A stretch of DNA of 39,221 nt, taken from the IMG/VR virus record IMGVR_UViG_3300022700_000138. One strand, given 5' to 3'. Positions 8,815-17,423 of this stretch are shown piece by piece; the stretch's first letter is position 1; the number at the start of each line of letters is the position of its first letter. The notes beneath the pieces are model-generated. The model saw only the letters and a program-made list of their open reading frames with translations, ran no database searches and was not told where the DNA came from. The translations under genes were made by a program, and so were the position numbers. Source of the stretch: an uncultured virus (IMG/VR IMGVR_UViG_3300022700_000138). Its lineage: Duplodnaviria; Heunggongvirae; Uroviricota; Caudoviricetes.

Positions 8815-9435
8815 TTGCCAAATCGCAGATCATACGACAAGCTTTCGGAGGCTATTGCCGAGGAAGCCAAGTGCCTTTTATCAAATACAGCTCCGACCGG
8901 AGCTGACCTATTTCTGTCTTGGATGGGCTCCAATCCAGAGAGTCCCGACGCACCAGGTCCGACTGACAGGGATAATGTAGGATTCGATCAACCTTTTTGT
9001 GCCGATGGTCATGCCCTGTCGGATTACATTTACGCTTTGAGGGATTTGTTGCACTTGTTGGGAGCAACTGTTTATTTACATGAGCACGATCTGCCCGTTG
9101 CGGGTCAGTGTAATTATGTGTGTAAAACAATACGAATCAATGATCCATCTGCAAAGTCAGCATTAATGACCCTTGCGCATGAAGGTGGGCACTGGTGGAG
9201 TTACTTACTCTGGTCGGGTGAAAACTTTAACGATGTGCAGCGAGAGCAGCTAGCCTTTTTCCTTGGGTGGTATTTACTGGACGCTGTCGGTGCCGCTGGT
9301 TCCGGTCGTCAGCAGGTCAGCGTCGACGATTGGTGCAATGAGCACTATGATTTATTCGGCAAAGAGTTCGGAGTGATCAGGTTTCCATTCGATGGATACA
9401 TAACCTTCTCTATTGTTCGAGTTACCGAGGATTAA
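8815..9435 (+). CDS. ImmA/IrrE-like HExxH metallopeptidase
   Basis: G.C......I.IN...TLAHEGGH..E..A; GGAGG RBS before TTG. Confidence 0.7.
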   Translation: MPNRRSYDKLSEAIAEEAKCLLSNTAPTGADLFLSWMGSNPESPDAPGPTDRDNVGFDQPFCADGHALSDYIYALRDLLHLLGATVYLHEHDLPVAGQCNYVCKTIRINDPSAKSALMTLAHEGGHWWSYLLWSGENFNDVQREQLAFFLGWYLLDAVGAAGSGRQQVSVDDWCNEHYDLFGKEFGVIRFPFDGYITFSIVRVTED

Positions 9436-9436
9436 A

Positions 9437-9817
9437 ATGCAGTTACTACCGACTATGGTCTATAAATTTCGTTATAGATTCTTGCGTAGGCTACGTAACA
9501 GATTAAGGCCCATTTTTAGGTTCAAGGAAATCTGGAATTGGGAAGCTGAAACATGCGATCGTTGTGGTAGTTGTTTTCATTTAGCCTACAATTTAAGAGA
9601 TGATGTCTGGATAAAAATAAACGGGTCCGAGACTGGTTGTCTGTGCTTCAACTGTGTAGTAGCTGTAGCTTTATTGAGAGGAATTGCGTTGTCCCGTGAA
9701 GATATAGAATTTATGTTTTTGTTCTCTGATGAAGGACAAACACCAGAACTTTCCGACCACTTGCTACCTTGGGACGAAAACTGGACAATTCATAACCACT
9801 GCCACAAGCGTAAGTAG
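9437..9817 (+). CDS. hypothetical Zn-finger protein
   Basis: CDRCG..CLCFNC; GAGG before ATG at 9437. Confidence 0.6.
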   Translation: MQLLPTMVYKFRYRFLRRLRNRLRPIFRFKEIWNWEAETCDRCGSCFHLAYNLRDDVWIKINGSETGCLCFNCVVAVALLRGIALSREDIEFMFLFSDEGQTPELSDHLLPWDENWTIHNHCHKRK

Positions 9818-9827
9818 GTGAATAAAA

Positions 9828-10103
9828 ATGGATACGGGTCTAATCGTTAGGTTGTGGATAGCATTAATAGCTCTTAGTGTACCAGCTGCTATCATTGGGA
9901 TCCCTTTGTTGGGCTCATCGCTTGATAGTTGTAACAAGTATGCTAGTCAGCTAGCCTCTTTATTTCACACTCAGAAGATCCAGTCGGTGCACAAATGTTA
10001 CCGCAGATCCAAGCAGACGCTAGTTGTAGGTGCTACGCTTTGCGTGATGGCAGCAGTCATGCTGGTCTCTGGAGCGGCTCTATTCGTGATCTATGGATAT
10101 TAA
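9828..10103 (+). CDS. two-TM membrane protein
   Basis: Hydrophobic N- and C-terminal segments. Confidence 0.6.
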   Translation: MDTGLIVRLWIALIALSVPAAIIGIPLLGSSLDSCNKYASQLASLFHTQKIQSVHKCYRRSKQTLVVGATLCVMAAVMLVSGAALFVIYGY

Positions 10104-10104
10104 C

Positions 10105-10732
10105 ATGGACACTCTGGCCAAGTTTTGTATATTGACCCATTTTGTTTTTTGGTTTGTTGTGGTTAATTATTGACACAGAGATAACCAAAACATACGCGAA
10201 ACCTGATCGGGTTGTACAAAGTGCTAGACTAGATGCCGAGCGCGTCTCCGGGCTGTTGCTCAGGCTTATTAGGTACGAACCGTTTTACGCTTTCGCATTT
10301 TTGATCTCGTTTGCTTCCATAATTATTGGCGTCGGGGCCTGGCTTGTGTATATTATGGGGAACGGGAGATATACTATGCTGGTTGACACGTATGGTCGAA
10401 TCCTCCTTAATTGTCAAGTATGCGGTGGCGAGCCAGATGACGATAACCATGGGCATACCATACGTTGTACTAGATGTAACAATATGTTACGTCCAACAGA
10501 TTGGCCATCCTTGGGTTACACTATGACCGCCCCTTCGGGAGCAAGTACATGGCAGTACATTATGAAACGGTGTTTTTGTACGTGAAACGACGATGACGAT
10601 GCTAAGAATCTGGTCTTGTTGAGCAGTGAAATGGGTCACGAAGGATGGGAGCTGACCACCCAGTACCTTCACAATGATCGTGAGAATGGCCGTAAATACT
10701 ACAATCTCTTCTTCAAGAGAAAATTATCTTGA
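10105..10732 (+). pseudogene. disrupted membrane/Zn-ribbon/DUF4177-like coding region
   Basis: ATG at 10105 out of frame with 10142-10585; frame continues past TGA 10583-85 as ..EMGHEGWEL..FFKR*. Confidence 0.5.
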
Positions 10733-10872
10733 CGATTATGGCCAAACGTATTAAATTTGAGTGGAGTTATGAAGAGTTGTACAATGGATCCAGATGCATT
10801 CCTTACGACCATGCGTAGGATCGAGGCTTTGAGAAGACTTCAAATAATGTAGATTTACTTGTCATTACAATT

Positions 10873-11005
10873 CGGGCGAGTGGCGTACGCGCCCGTCGTA
10901 GTGGGAACGAGGGATAGCCCACTATAAATGAACGCTGAATGGACCCTCCTGCCTGAGCAAAACTATCCCGGGCACCTGTTCTGCTCAGAGCCTCCTCAGC
11001 GTTCA
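10873..11005 (+). ncRNA. structured RNA upstream of tRNA-Lys, copy 2
   Basis: Homologous to 2182-2317 with compensatory substitutions. Confidence 0.7.
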
Positions 11006-11012
11006 CTACTAC

Positions 11013-11085
<73 letters not shown>

Positions 11086-11102
11086 AAAGGAGATGGGTTT
11101 CC

Positions 11103-11753
11103 ATGGAAACATTCTTTACGTCAGACACTCATTTTGGTCAAGAGCGGACACTTCAGCTCTCTAAACGCCCTTTTCATTCAGTGGACGAGATGGATCGGGA
11201 GATGGTTGAGAATTGGAATGCCTGCGTGAGTGACGATGATGTTGTTTATCACTTAGGAGATTTTGGTAATCCTGAAGCGGTTGAACGTTTGAACTTCAGA
11301 GATCTTCATCTCATAACAGGCAATTACGAGACTCCGGAGGTACTGGAAAGACTCGTCAAGGATTCGCGTGTGGATGTATACGTAGATCAGCCAGTGGCAG
11401 TGCTACCTCCAGGCAATTCTGGATTACCCACTGAGCTTCATCTAATCCACGAGCCAGAAAGAGCTGATCGCTCAACTAACTTTTACCTTTTTGGGCATAT
11501 ACACAAGTTGCAGATGGTAAAGCTTAACGGTCTAAACGTCGGAGTTGACTGCCACCACTTTCGTCCTATAGGGTACTCAACAATTGAGTTCTACTACAAC
11601 GCAATACATCGTCACTATGATCGCAATGTGTTCATGGAGCGTCTTGGAAAACTACCCATCGACTGCGCAAATTGTGACTACTACGATGGTGATGGGTGCG
11701 TCATGCCAAATACCCCGAGCCCATGGTGGTGCCTAGACTTTAGGTCGACGTAG
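11103..11753 (+). CDS. calcineurin-like metallophosphoesterase (paralog of 2410-3063)
   Basis: SDTHFG, HLGDFG, TGNYE, FGHIH. Confidence 0.9.
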   Translation: METFFTSDTHFGQERTLQLSKRPFHSVDEMDREMVENWNACVSDDDVVYHLGDFGNPEAVERLNFRDLHLITGNYETPEVLERLVKDSRVDVYVDQPVAVLPPGNSGLPTELHLIHEPERADRSTNFYLFGHIHKLQMVKLNGLNVGVDCHHFRPIGYSTIEFYYNAIHRHYDRNVFMERLGKLPIDCANCDYYDGDGCVMPNTPSPWWCLDFRST

Positions 11754-11813
11754 ATTCGGAATCTTGTAAATACGTAATATAGGTTGTGTGGTGCTTTGTA
11801 GCTAATATATTAC

Positions 11814-11887
11814 GCCCCGGTAGCTCATATGGTTAGAGCACTCGCCTTATAAGCGAGAGGTTGGCGGTTCAAGCCCGCCCCGGGGTA
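11814..11887 (+). tRNA. tRNA-Ile(TAT)
   Basis: Cloverleaf; CTCGC-CTTATAA-GCGAG. Confidence 0.9.
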
Positions 11888-11918
11888 TAGTTACTTCCTA
11901 AGGTAGGTACTGCAATCA

Positions 11919-11990
11919 TGGGACATGCTGTAATTGGTAGCAGCGGAGATTTTGGTTCTCTGAGTCTGGGTTCGAGTCCCAGTGTCCCAA
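11919..11990 (+). tRNA. tRNA-Gln(TTG)
   Basis: U1-A72; GGAGA-TTTTGGT-TCTCT. Confidence 0.9.
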
Positions 11991-11993
11991 ATC

Positions 11994-12066
11994 GGGCGGT
12001 TAGCTCAGTTGGAAGAGCACCGGCCTTACAAGCCGGTTGTCACTGGTTCGAGCCCAGTACCGCCCA
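11994..12066 (+). tRNA. tRNA-Val(TAC), second distinct gene
   Basis: CCGGC-CTTACAA-GCCGG. Confidence 0.95.
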
Positions 12067-12126
12067 TACATCGCAACTCGCGAAGCTGCTGTGGAGGGGG
12101 CCTCATTGGAAGAAGGGTGTAACAGT

Positions 12127-12374
12127 ATGACTACTCAAAAGTGGTACAGACAGTGCAAGTTCGTGACCGACACAGAGCGCGGAAAGAAGGTCGCGAGGTC
12201 GCGTGGATCCCAGAGAAATTCGTCAAGGTAGGCAAGCGCATCTATATCGGCGATAAGCGCCCCAACCCCGAACCGATCTGGACAGTGACCGAGTTGCACG
12301 GGCGGCGCACCGCTGAGTGGGTCAATGCACACGCCATGGATCACAGGAATCAGCGGAAGGTGTCTGACATTTGA
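12127..12374 (+). pseudogene. frameshifted small hypothetical gene
   Basis: MTTQKWYRQCKF.. continues as EVAWIPEKFVKVGK.. in another frame at tandem AGGTCGCG-AGGTCGCG. Confidence 0.55.
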
Positions 12375-12377
12375 TAC

Positions 12378-12405
12378 TTGACGGGCGAGATATTCGGTGT
12401 ACAGT
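12378..12405 (+). promoter_or_regulatory. sigma70-like promoter
   Basis: TTGACG-N16-TACAGT. Confidence 0.55.
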
Positions 12406-12444
12406 TGAGTCTGTAGACTGCAAGGATGGATTGCCCTATCTGCG

Positions 12445-13254
12445 TTGTTCTGCAGAAATCATATAGAAGGATTATTCAAGCCCCGTACCAACCGTATTAT
12501 TAACAAGGAGAGTCCAAAGTTGTCCACCAAATTTAATACCGGATTCTTTCTTCTTGATCGTCTGCTCCATGGCGGATTTAAACCAGGCAAAGTAGTGCTA
12601 GTCAGCGCGCCTAGGGGAGAGGGGCGCACCAATTTTGCGCTAAACATGGCGCTCAATCAAGCGAAGGATGGACGTAGGGTGGTGTACGTATCTCCTAATG
12701 AAGGATATACGATCACTCGGCGTAAAGTAGCAGCTGCGTTGTCTGGTATACCCCGTAAAGAGCTAGCAAAGCCCAGTGCTGAGATTAAACGCCATGCTCA
12801 GTTGACTACCAAACGTATCGAAAACACGTTCAAGATTTTCTGTCCTACAAACGGCTCGTTTGACGAAGCGCTAGAAGCTATGCTCGCGCTCCCTGATGGA
12901 CTGGACGTGCTCTTCTTGGACGACTTGGATGTACCTTACTGGTCCGGTAATATACGGACAAGAAACATAGTCAAGGTAAAAGAAGCAGCCGAGAAAAAAG
13001 GGATTGTAATCGTTGTAGTGGTAAGAGATAAAAGGATTGCATCTAGTGGAAAGATCCAACGGATGCCTAAAACACTCAAACAAAATGTAGAATACTGGTT
13101 GCGTATATCTCGATATTCAGACCCTTACTATTCGGTAACTGTCATGACTGATTTGGAGAATGAGCGTGGTATTCCCCTTAGGGGGTATATGGATAGTTCA
13201 AGGTACAGAGTGGCATTGAGTGTCGGATCTGATGAATTGGCCGTTCAGGGTTGA
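12445..13254 (+). CDS. DnaB/RecA-fold ATPase domain protein (degenerate)
   Basis: TGF..LD.LL.GGFKPG, APRGEGRT Walker A, LFLDD Walker B. Confidence 0.75.
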   Translation: MFCRNHIEGLFKPRTNRIINKESPKLSTKFNTGFFLLDRLLHGGFKPGKVVLVSAPRGEGRTNFALNMALNQAKDGRRVVYVSPNEGYTITRRKVAAALSGIPRKELAKPSAEIKRHAQLTTKRIENTFKIFCPTNGSFDEALEAMLALPDGLDVLFLDDLDVPYWSGNIRTRNIVKVKEAAEKKGIVIVVVVRDKRIASSGKIQRMPKTLKQNVEYWLRISRYSDPYYSVTVMTDLENERGIPLRGYMDSSRYRVALSVGSDELAVQG

Positions 13255-13278
13255 CGTGCGCAGTAATATGCGTATAGT
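13251..13278 (+). promoter_or_regulatory. sigma70-like promoter for large ncRNA/tRNA unit
   Basis: TTGACG-N16-TATAGT. Confidence 0.6.
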
Positions 13279-13285
13279 CTACAGA

Positions 13286-13699
13286 TGAAACACGGAGATA
13301 AGAGGCAGAGAATAGTTTGACATCTCCTGTGTTTTACGGTGCGGGCTTGGAGATCCATGTGTAGGTTTACGATAAGTAGTTGATATGGACGCATACCAAC
13401 TACACAGCCTGATAAAATACACTTGAATCTGAGCAACGGAACTAGGTATCATTTCCGTGTATCCGCACATTGCCTCTAGGACGTCGCAAAGTGTGACGTC
13501 GTGATACCACAAAATATGGTGAGTGTGCTGGCCTTCTTACCATAGTATTGTGAGGTGCAGTGGTTAAATTTATAGGTCAGCGGGTTTAAGGCTACTCCCT
13601 AAAAAGTGGCCAAGCTAGCTGCTACAAAAATAAGTCAACCGTAGCAGCATGGGCTACCATATGTGGTTTTACGGGGTTCCCACTATAAAAAGAACCCCG
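13286..13699 (+). ncRNA. large ornate ncRNA candidate (~415 nt)
   Basis: About ten helices and three 8-9 bp loop-based long-range complements; own promoter; ends 8 nt before tRNA-Arg. Confidence 0.75.
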
Positions 13700-13707
13700 A
13701 TAGTTTT

Positions 13708-13780
13708 GCCCCCATAGTTCAGTTGAAAGAACACAGGTCTTCTAAACCTGAAGTCCCTGGTTTGAGTCCAGGTGGGGGCG
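13708..13780 (+). tRNA. tRNA-Arg(TCT)
   Basis: CAGGT-CTTCTAA-ACCTG; atypical D and T loops. Confidence 0.88.
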
Positions 13781-13783
13781 CTT

Positions 13784-13867
13784 GCTGCTGTGATGGAATA
13801 GGTAGACATAGCGGTCTCAAAAACCGCTGGGCTGATGCCCGTGAGAGTTCGAGTCTCTCCAGCAGCA
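13784..13867 (+). tRNA. tRNA-Leu(CAA)
   Basis: GCGGT-CTCAAAA-ACCGC; long variable arm GGGC-TGAT-GCCC. Confidence 0.93.
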
Positions 13868-13905
13868 ACCAAGTGAAAATAGTAACTAGCGGACCAGGAA
13901 TCGTA

Positions 13906-14370
13906 ATGAGCAAAAAAGTCATAGGATTCATATCAGATCGCGCTACTTATGGGTGGTTATCCAACTTTCATCGTGCTCCTTTTCGTTTTGCTGGCATCGA
14001 GTGGCCAACGGTAGAACATGCTTTTCAAGCGGCAAAAAATGGGGGAAAGCAGCCATGGCTCACTAGAATAAGGAAAGCAGCAACACCTATGGAAGCTAAA
14101 AGAATTGGGCGCAAAGTGCCGTTGCGCAGAGATTGGGAACAGGTCAAAGTGGGAATAATGGAAAAGCTGGTCACAGCTAAATTCGAAGCACACGAAGACC
14201 TAATCAAAAAATTAATAGCCACCGGTAACGTAGAGATTAAGGAAGACGCGCCGTGGGACGCATTTTGGGGTACTGGTAAAAACGGTAACGGGCGCAATGA
14301 AATGGGAAAGATACTCATGCGCCTCAGGGCTAAGTTGAAACAGGATCCAAGATACGGTGCAGGAAGCTAA
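13906..14370 (+). CDS. NADAR family protein (YbiA-like)
   Basis: LSNFH, WPTVEHAFQAAK, DWEQVK..IM, D.FWG.G..G.G.N.MG.ILM. Confidence 0.93.
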   Translation: MSKKVIGFISDRATYGWLSNFHRAPFRFAGIEWPTVEHAFQAAKNGGKQPWLTRIRKAATPMEAKRIGRKVPLRRDWEQVKVGIMEKLVTAKFEAHEDLIKKLIATGNVEIKEDAPWDAFWGTGKNGNGRNEMGKILMRLRAKLKQDPRYGAGS

Positions 14371-14582
14371 TGCGAACGCGCTGCGATAAATGTGGTAGTA
14401 CAAAATTCCGTCTAACCAAAAGTAAAAGTTCACGAAATACACCTGTTAGTTGGGTATTTAAGGATATACTAACTCCAGCATTCTGCGAGGATTGCCAACA
14501 CAGACAACTGGTACCAGCCAACGAGTTTGGGGACAGTAGGGATGAAAATTTCAGCTATCTCAAGCATCATAGTACTGAGTAG
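14370..14582 (+). CDS. Zn-ribbon hypothetical protein
   Basis: CDKCGS..CEDC; start overlaps upstream stop. Confidence 0.6.
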   Translation: MRTRCDKCGSTKFRLTKSKSSRNTPVSWVFKDILTPAFCEDCQHRQLVPANEFGDSRDENFSYLKHHSTE

Positions 14583-15144
14583 TATTATTACCTGTGGGCC
14601 AAATTTTTATAGTGCCCCCTTACTGGACGTTACATACTATAATTTAAAAAATGTAGATGACTGGAATCGTACACCAAGGGGTACGTACATCAACGTCCCA
14701 CAGAAACAGTCTACTGTAAACTTCTACCGTAGGGTAGACAGTGAGATACATAATTTAAGCAACTGTCTGCTTGGCGAGAGAATGATAGATAAACCACTAG
14801 AGTATGACAGGATCGCTGTGTACATTCCACACGACTGGTATAACAGTGAGTGCAGCCACGAACAACTTATCCCCAGCCGTGTAGATTATCGACTATGCGA
14901 AGCAAAAGGGTTAGAGATAAAAGAAGAATGCCGTGGATTGGTAAAACCGACAACAAAGTGTCCTTGCGTCTGCAACGTTAGGTCTGCTGTAGTTGATCGG
15001 TATGTGGTGTGCACGACCCCCAACCTAAAGCTATTTCGGGCAGAGTTAGCAAGGTTGGTGCTATATCCAAAGTTTAACAACCCGTGGAAATTACCGGTCA
15101 GTAAATGCCTAAAGGTAGGAACGCAACACGATGCCCAAAACTAA
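14542..15144 (+). CDS. putative lipoprotein/secreted Cys-rich protein
   Basis: MKISAISSIIVLSSIITC signal-like N-terminus. Confidence 0.6.
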   Translation: MKISAISSIIVLSSIITCGPNFYSAPLLDVTYYNLKNVDDWNRTPRGTYINVPQKQSTVNFYRRVDSEIHNLSNCLLGERMIDKPLEYDRIAVYIPHDWYNSECSHEQLIPSRVDYRLCEAKGLEIKEECRGLVKPTTKCPCVCNVRSAVVDRYVVCTTPNLKLFRAELARLVLYPKFNNPWKLPVSKCLKVGTQHDAQN

Positions 15145-15763
15145 AAAGACTAGCAAGACTACCTGCCGTTACAAAACTAAATCTGGAGTTTGCGGGAACA
15201 AAACAGATAATAGTTGGAAATGTAAAGAACATAAAAAACTAAAATGCTCCAATTGCAAAAAGTCGGCTTACATAGACTGTCCCTGGCCACAATGCTCAAA
15301 ACAATTCTGCCGAGATCCAGCATGCCTCAAAAAGCACATAGAGGATGCGCATGACGGTAATTGGCCTAAAATTAAACATGCACGTCGAGGGCAACGTGAG
15401 GCAAGGGAGAAAAACGCAAATGCCGCACCTTGTCCATACTGTGAACAGGTAGCGGATATAGTAACATGGTACCCGGGAGAAGATAGTGGCAAAGCTTCGC
15501 ATTCATATGTAGAATGCACCAACTGTAAAATGCGAGGGCCAGAAAAAAGGACCCCCGAAGATGCTGTAACGCAGTGGAATTCACTACCACGTAGCCGACC
15601 ATTAGTTTACGAACGGATTAGAAATAATGCGCTCGAATTCCTAGATCGTGAGCTACAGTTTTACATCGACAACGTAGAGACTGGGCAGGCAACAGTCGAT
15701 GATTTGGATGCCGTGGCAAAAGCCTTGGAAAGTGCTACCGTAGCTGTGGACACTTGGGGTTAA
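15131..15763 (+). CDS. Cys-rich protein with Lar-like (restriction alleviation) Zn finger
   Basis: PCPYC..YVEC..C..RGP...EDAV..WN. Confidence 0.65.
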   Translation: MPKTKKTSKTTCRYKTKSGVCGNKTDNSWKCKEHKKLKCSNCKKSAYIDCPWPQCSKQFCRDPACLKKHIEDAHDGNWPKIKHARRGQREAREKNANAAPCPYCEQVADIVTWYPGEDSGKASHSYVECTNCKMRGPEKRTPEDAVTQWNSLPRSRPLVYERIRNNALEFLDRELQFYIDNVETGQATVDDLDAVAKALESATVAVDTWG

Positions 15764-15844
15764 AAACCTGTTGACTTTTGCCGGCGGTATGGTTAGAAAT
15801 AGAGTTACGGGCCCGTAGCACAATGGTCAGTGCGGCGGACTCAT

Positions 15845-16615
15845 TTGAGCCTACTTTCTCGGTTCGGACTAAGTTACTTCTGGTTGGGAAGTACTTAGGA
15901 GAAAGAGGCCAGCTATGCGTGTTAGAAGACTGAACGGCTATCGTGTGATCTACCAACCAGATCACCCGGCAGCAATGCAAAGTGACAATTGGAAAGGCTT
16001 CGTCTATGAACATATTGTCGTGGCCGAAGAATTTTTACAAAGGAGGTTAAAAAACGAGGAGGTGTGTCACCATCTCGACGGTAATCACAGCAACAACCGG
16101 AAAGAAAACATCATTGTGTTGCTGCGATCCCAACACGCAAAACTTCACGCATGGCTGAACAGTGGTGCGCCTGGAGTCGAAAGTTCCAGGTTGAAGAGGG
16201 TGAATTCAGGGAAATCTAAGGTAGGTAGAGAACACGATACTGATTGTTGCCTAACCTGTGGACGCGCCTTGAAAAAGACACAGATCAAATACTGCTCAAA
16301 CAAATGTCGTGCAAGAAAGCGACGCAAGGTCAAATGGCCGACTAAAAGAAAACTGACCGAGGATTTGAGTAAAATGTCTTATTGCGCTGTTGGCAGGAAG
16401 TACGGTGTTTCAGATAACACGGTACGTAAGTGGGCCAAGAAGCATCGCCTACTATGACAACCTTGAGCTAAGCTTCCAGTACACTGGGAGAAAGTGCAGA
16501 GACTACTGGGTTTGGGTGCAGTCCCAAGTAATACCAGCTAGAGCGCCCTCCACCCAAACAGTATGGCTGTGGGTGATGAGATAGTCCAGGGAGTGAGGAA
16601 ACTCACACAAACCGG
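15845..16615 (+). mobile_element. group I intron with homing endonuclease ORF
   Basis: P GAATTCAGGGAAA, Q CAACCTTGAGCTAAG, R GCAGAGACTA, S GAGATAGTCC; P3 GAGGGTG/CGCCCTC; terminal G at 16615. Confidence 0.9.
15915..16457 (+). CDS. intron-encoded HNH endonuclease with C-terminal Zn finger and HTH
   Basis: YEHIVVAE..L.R.L...EVCHHLDGN..NN..EN; CLTCG..YCS..C; VGRKYGVSDNTVRKW. Confidence 0.9.
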   Translation: MRVRRLNGYRVIYQPDHPAAMQSDNWKGFVYEHIVVAEEFLQRRLKNEEVCHHLDGNHSNNRKENIIVLLRSQHAKLHAWLNSGAPGVESSRLKRVNSGKSKVGREHDTDCCLTCGRALKKTQIKYCSNKCRARKRRKVKWPTKRKLTEDLSKMSYCAVGRKYGVSDNTVRKWAKKHRLL

Positions 16616-16674
16616 AATCCGAAGGTTGTAGGTTCGAATCCTACCGGGCCCAAAGTTGACCATCGAGTGCAAAA

Positions 16675-16869
16675 ATGCAAGATCGTAAAGTAGCACGTAC
16701 CGACTGTCCCTACTGCTTGAAGCAGTTTGGTGTACCAGATGTAGAGGATGTATTCGAGCTAGCTGGTACAGTTTTAGGGTGCCCACATTGCAGCATTTAC
16801 TTGTACGTCCATCCCGAGGGGCGTGTAGTAGTGTACAATGAAAGGAAACATGGCCCTATTGAAAAATAG
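16675..16869 (+). CDS. Zn-ribbon hypothetical protein
   Basis: CPYC..CPHC. Confidence 0.6.
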   Translation: MQDRKVARTDCPYCLKQFGVPDVEDVFELAGTVLGCPHCSIYLYVHPEGRVVVYNERKHGPIEK

Positions 16870-16939
16870 GAACCACCATACACGTTAATCGGTACTTAGG
16901 TGGGATTAACGAACCAGCAACATTAGGAGCGACATTACC

Positions 16940-17383
16940 ATGTATCGGAACACACTCGAACTCAATTCAGTTGTCCAATCCCTAAAGGCCACTGTAAAGC
17001 AGAAGGTGGCTGAGAGAAACGCGCTGGCACTACAGCTGCAGCAATACGATCGTGAGCTACACAAGATTCACAGCAAGATCGATCGACTCATCCAACGAGT
17101 AGACAAGCATGAAGTCGACCGGCCCAAAAAAGACCAGAAGAGTACCAAAACATTCCCTGTTGATACATGTCAAGGTATTCTGCATTTGACAAAACTACGC
17201 TATCGAATTCTAAAAATCTTGGTAGACAATGGTGAAATGCAGTATAACGAGATCATACACGAACTACGCCGTAGGTACAAAGAAAAGGCGTCGTACGACA
17301 CCACTCGTACAGTTCTATATGCTTTGGAAGCTCTCAAGCTGGTAAAACACGTAGACCGAGCCACATGGGACGCGGTAGGCTAA
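16940..17383 (+). CDS. coiled-coil plus winged-helix protein
   Basis: Heptad-like N-terminus; ILKIL...M.Y.EI...T....L..L...LV. Confidence 0.65.
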   Translation: MYRNTLELNSVVQSLKATVKQKVAERNALALQLQQYDRELHKIHSKIDRLIQRVDKHEVDRPKKDQKSTKTFPVDTCQGILHLTKLRYRILKILVDNGEMQYNEIIHELRRRYKEKASYDTTRTVLYALEALKLVKHVDRATWDAVG

Positions 17384-17423
17384 CCTACCTTGTGCGAGAA
17401 TTGGGGGGGGGAGGAATTAAAAT

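Larger units (their letters stand above)
15809..16652 (+). tRNA. tRNA-CAT (likely Ile2) interrupted by a group I intron
   Basis: Exon1 15809-15844 ends CTCAT; exon2 16616-16652 starts AATCCG; joined they give a cloverleaf. Confidence 0.9.

Noticed and set aside
13286..13699. RNase P RNA or group II intron as the identity of the large RNA
   Set aside because: No GAGGAAAGUCC or matching 3' P4 motif, and no domain V-like hairpin seen
15842..15849. Alternative 5' splice site using CTC/GAG pairing
   Set aside because: It would need an intron ending in C; splicing after CAT gives a terminal G and a canonical CUCAUAA loop
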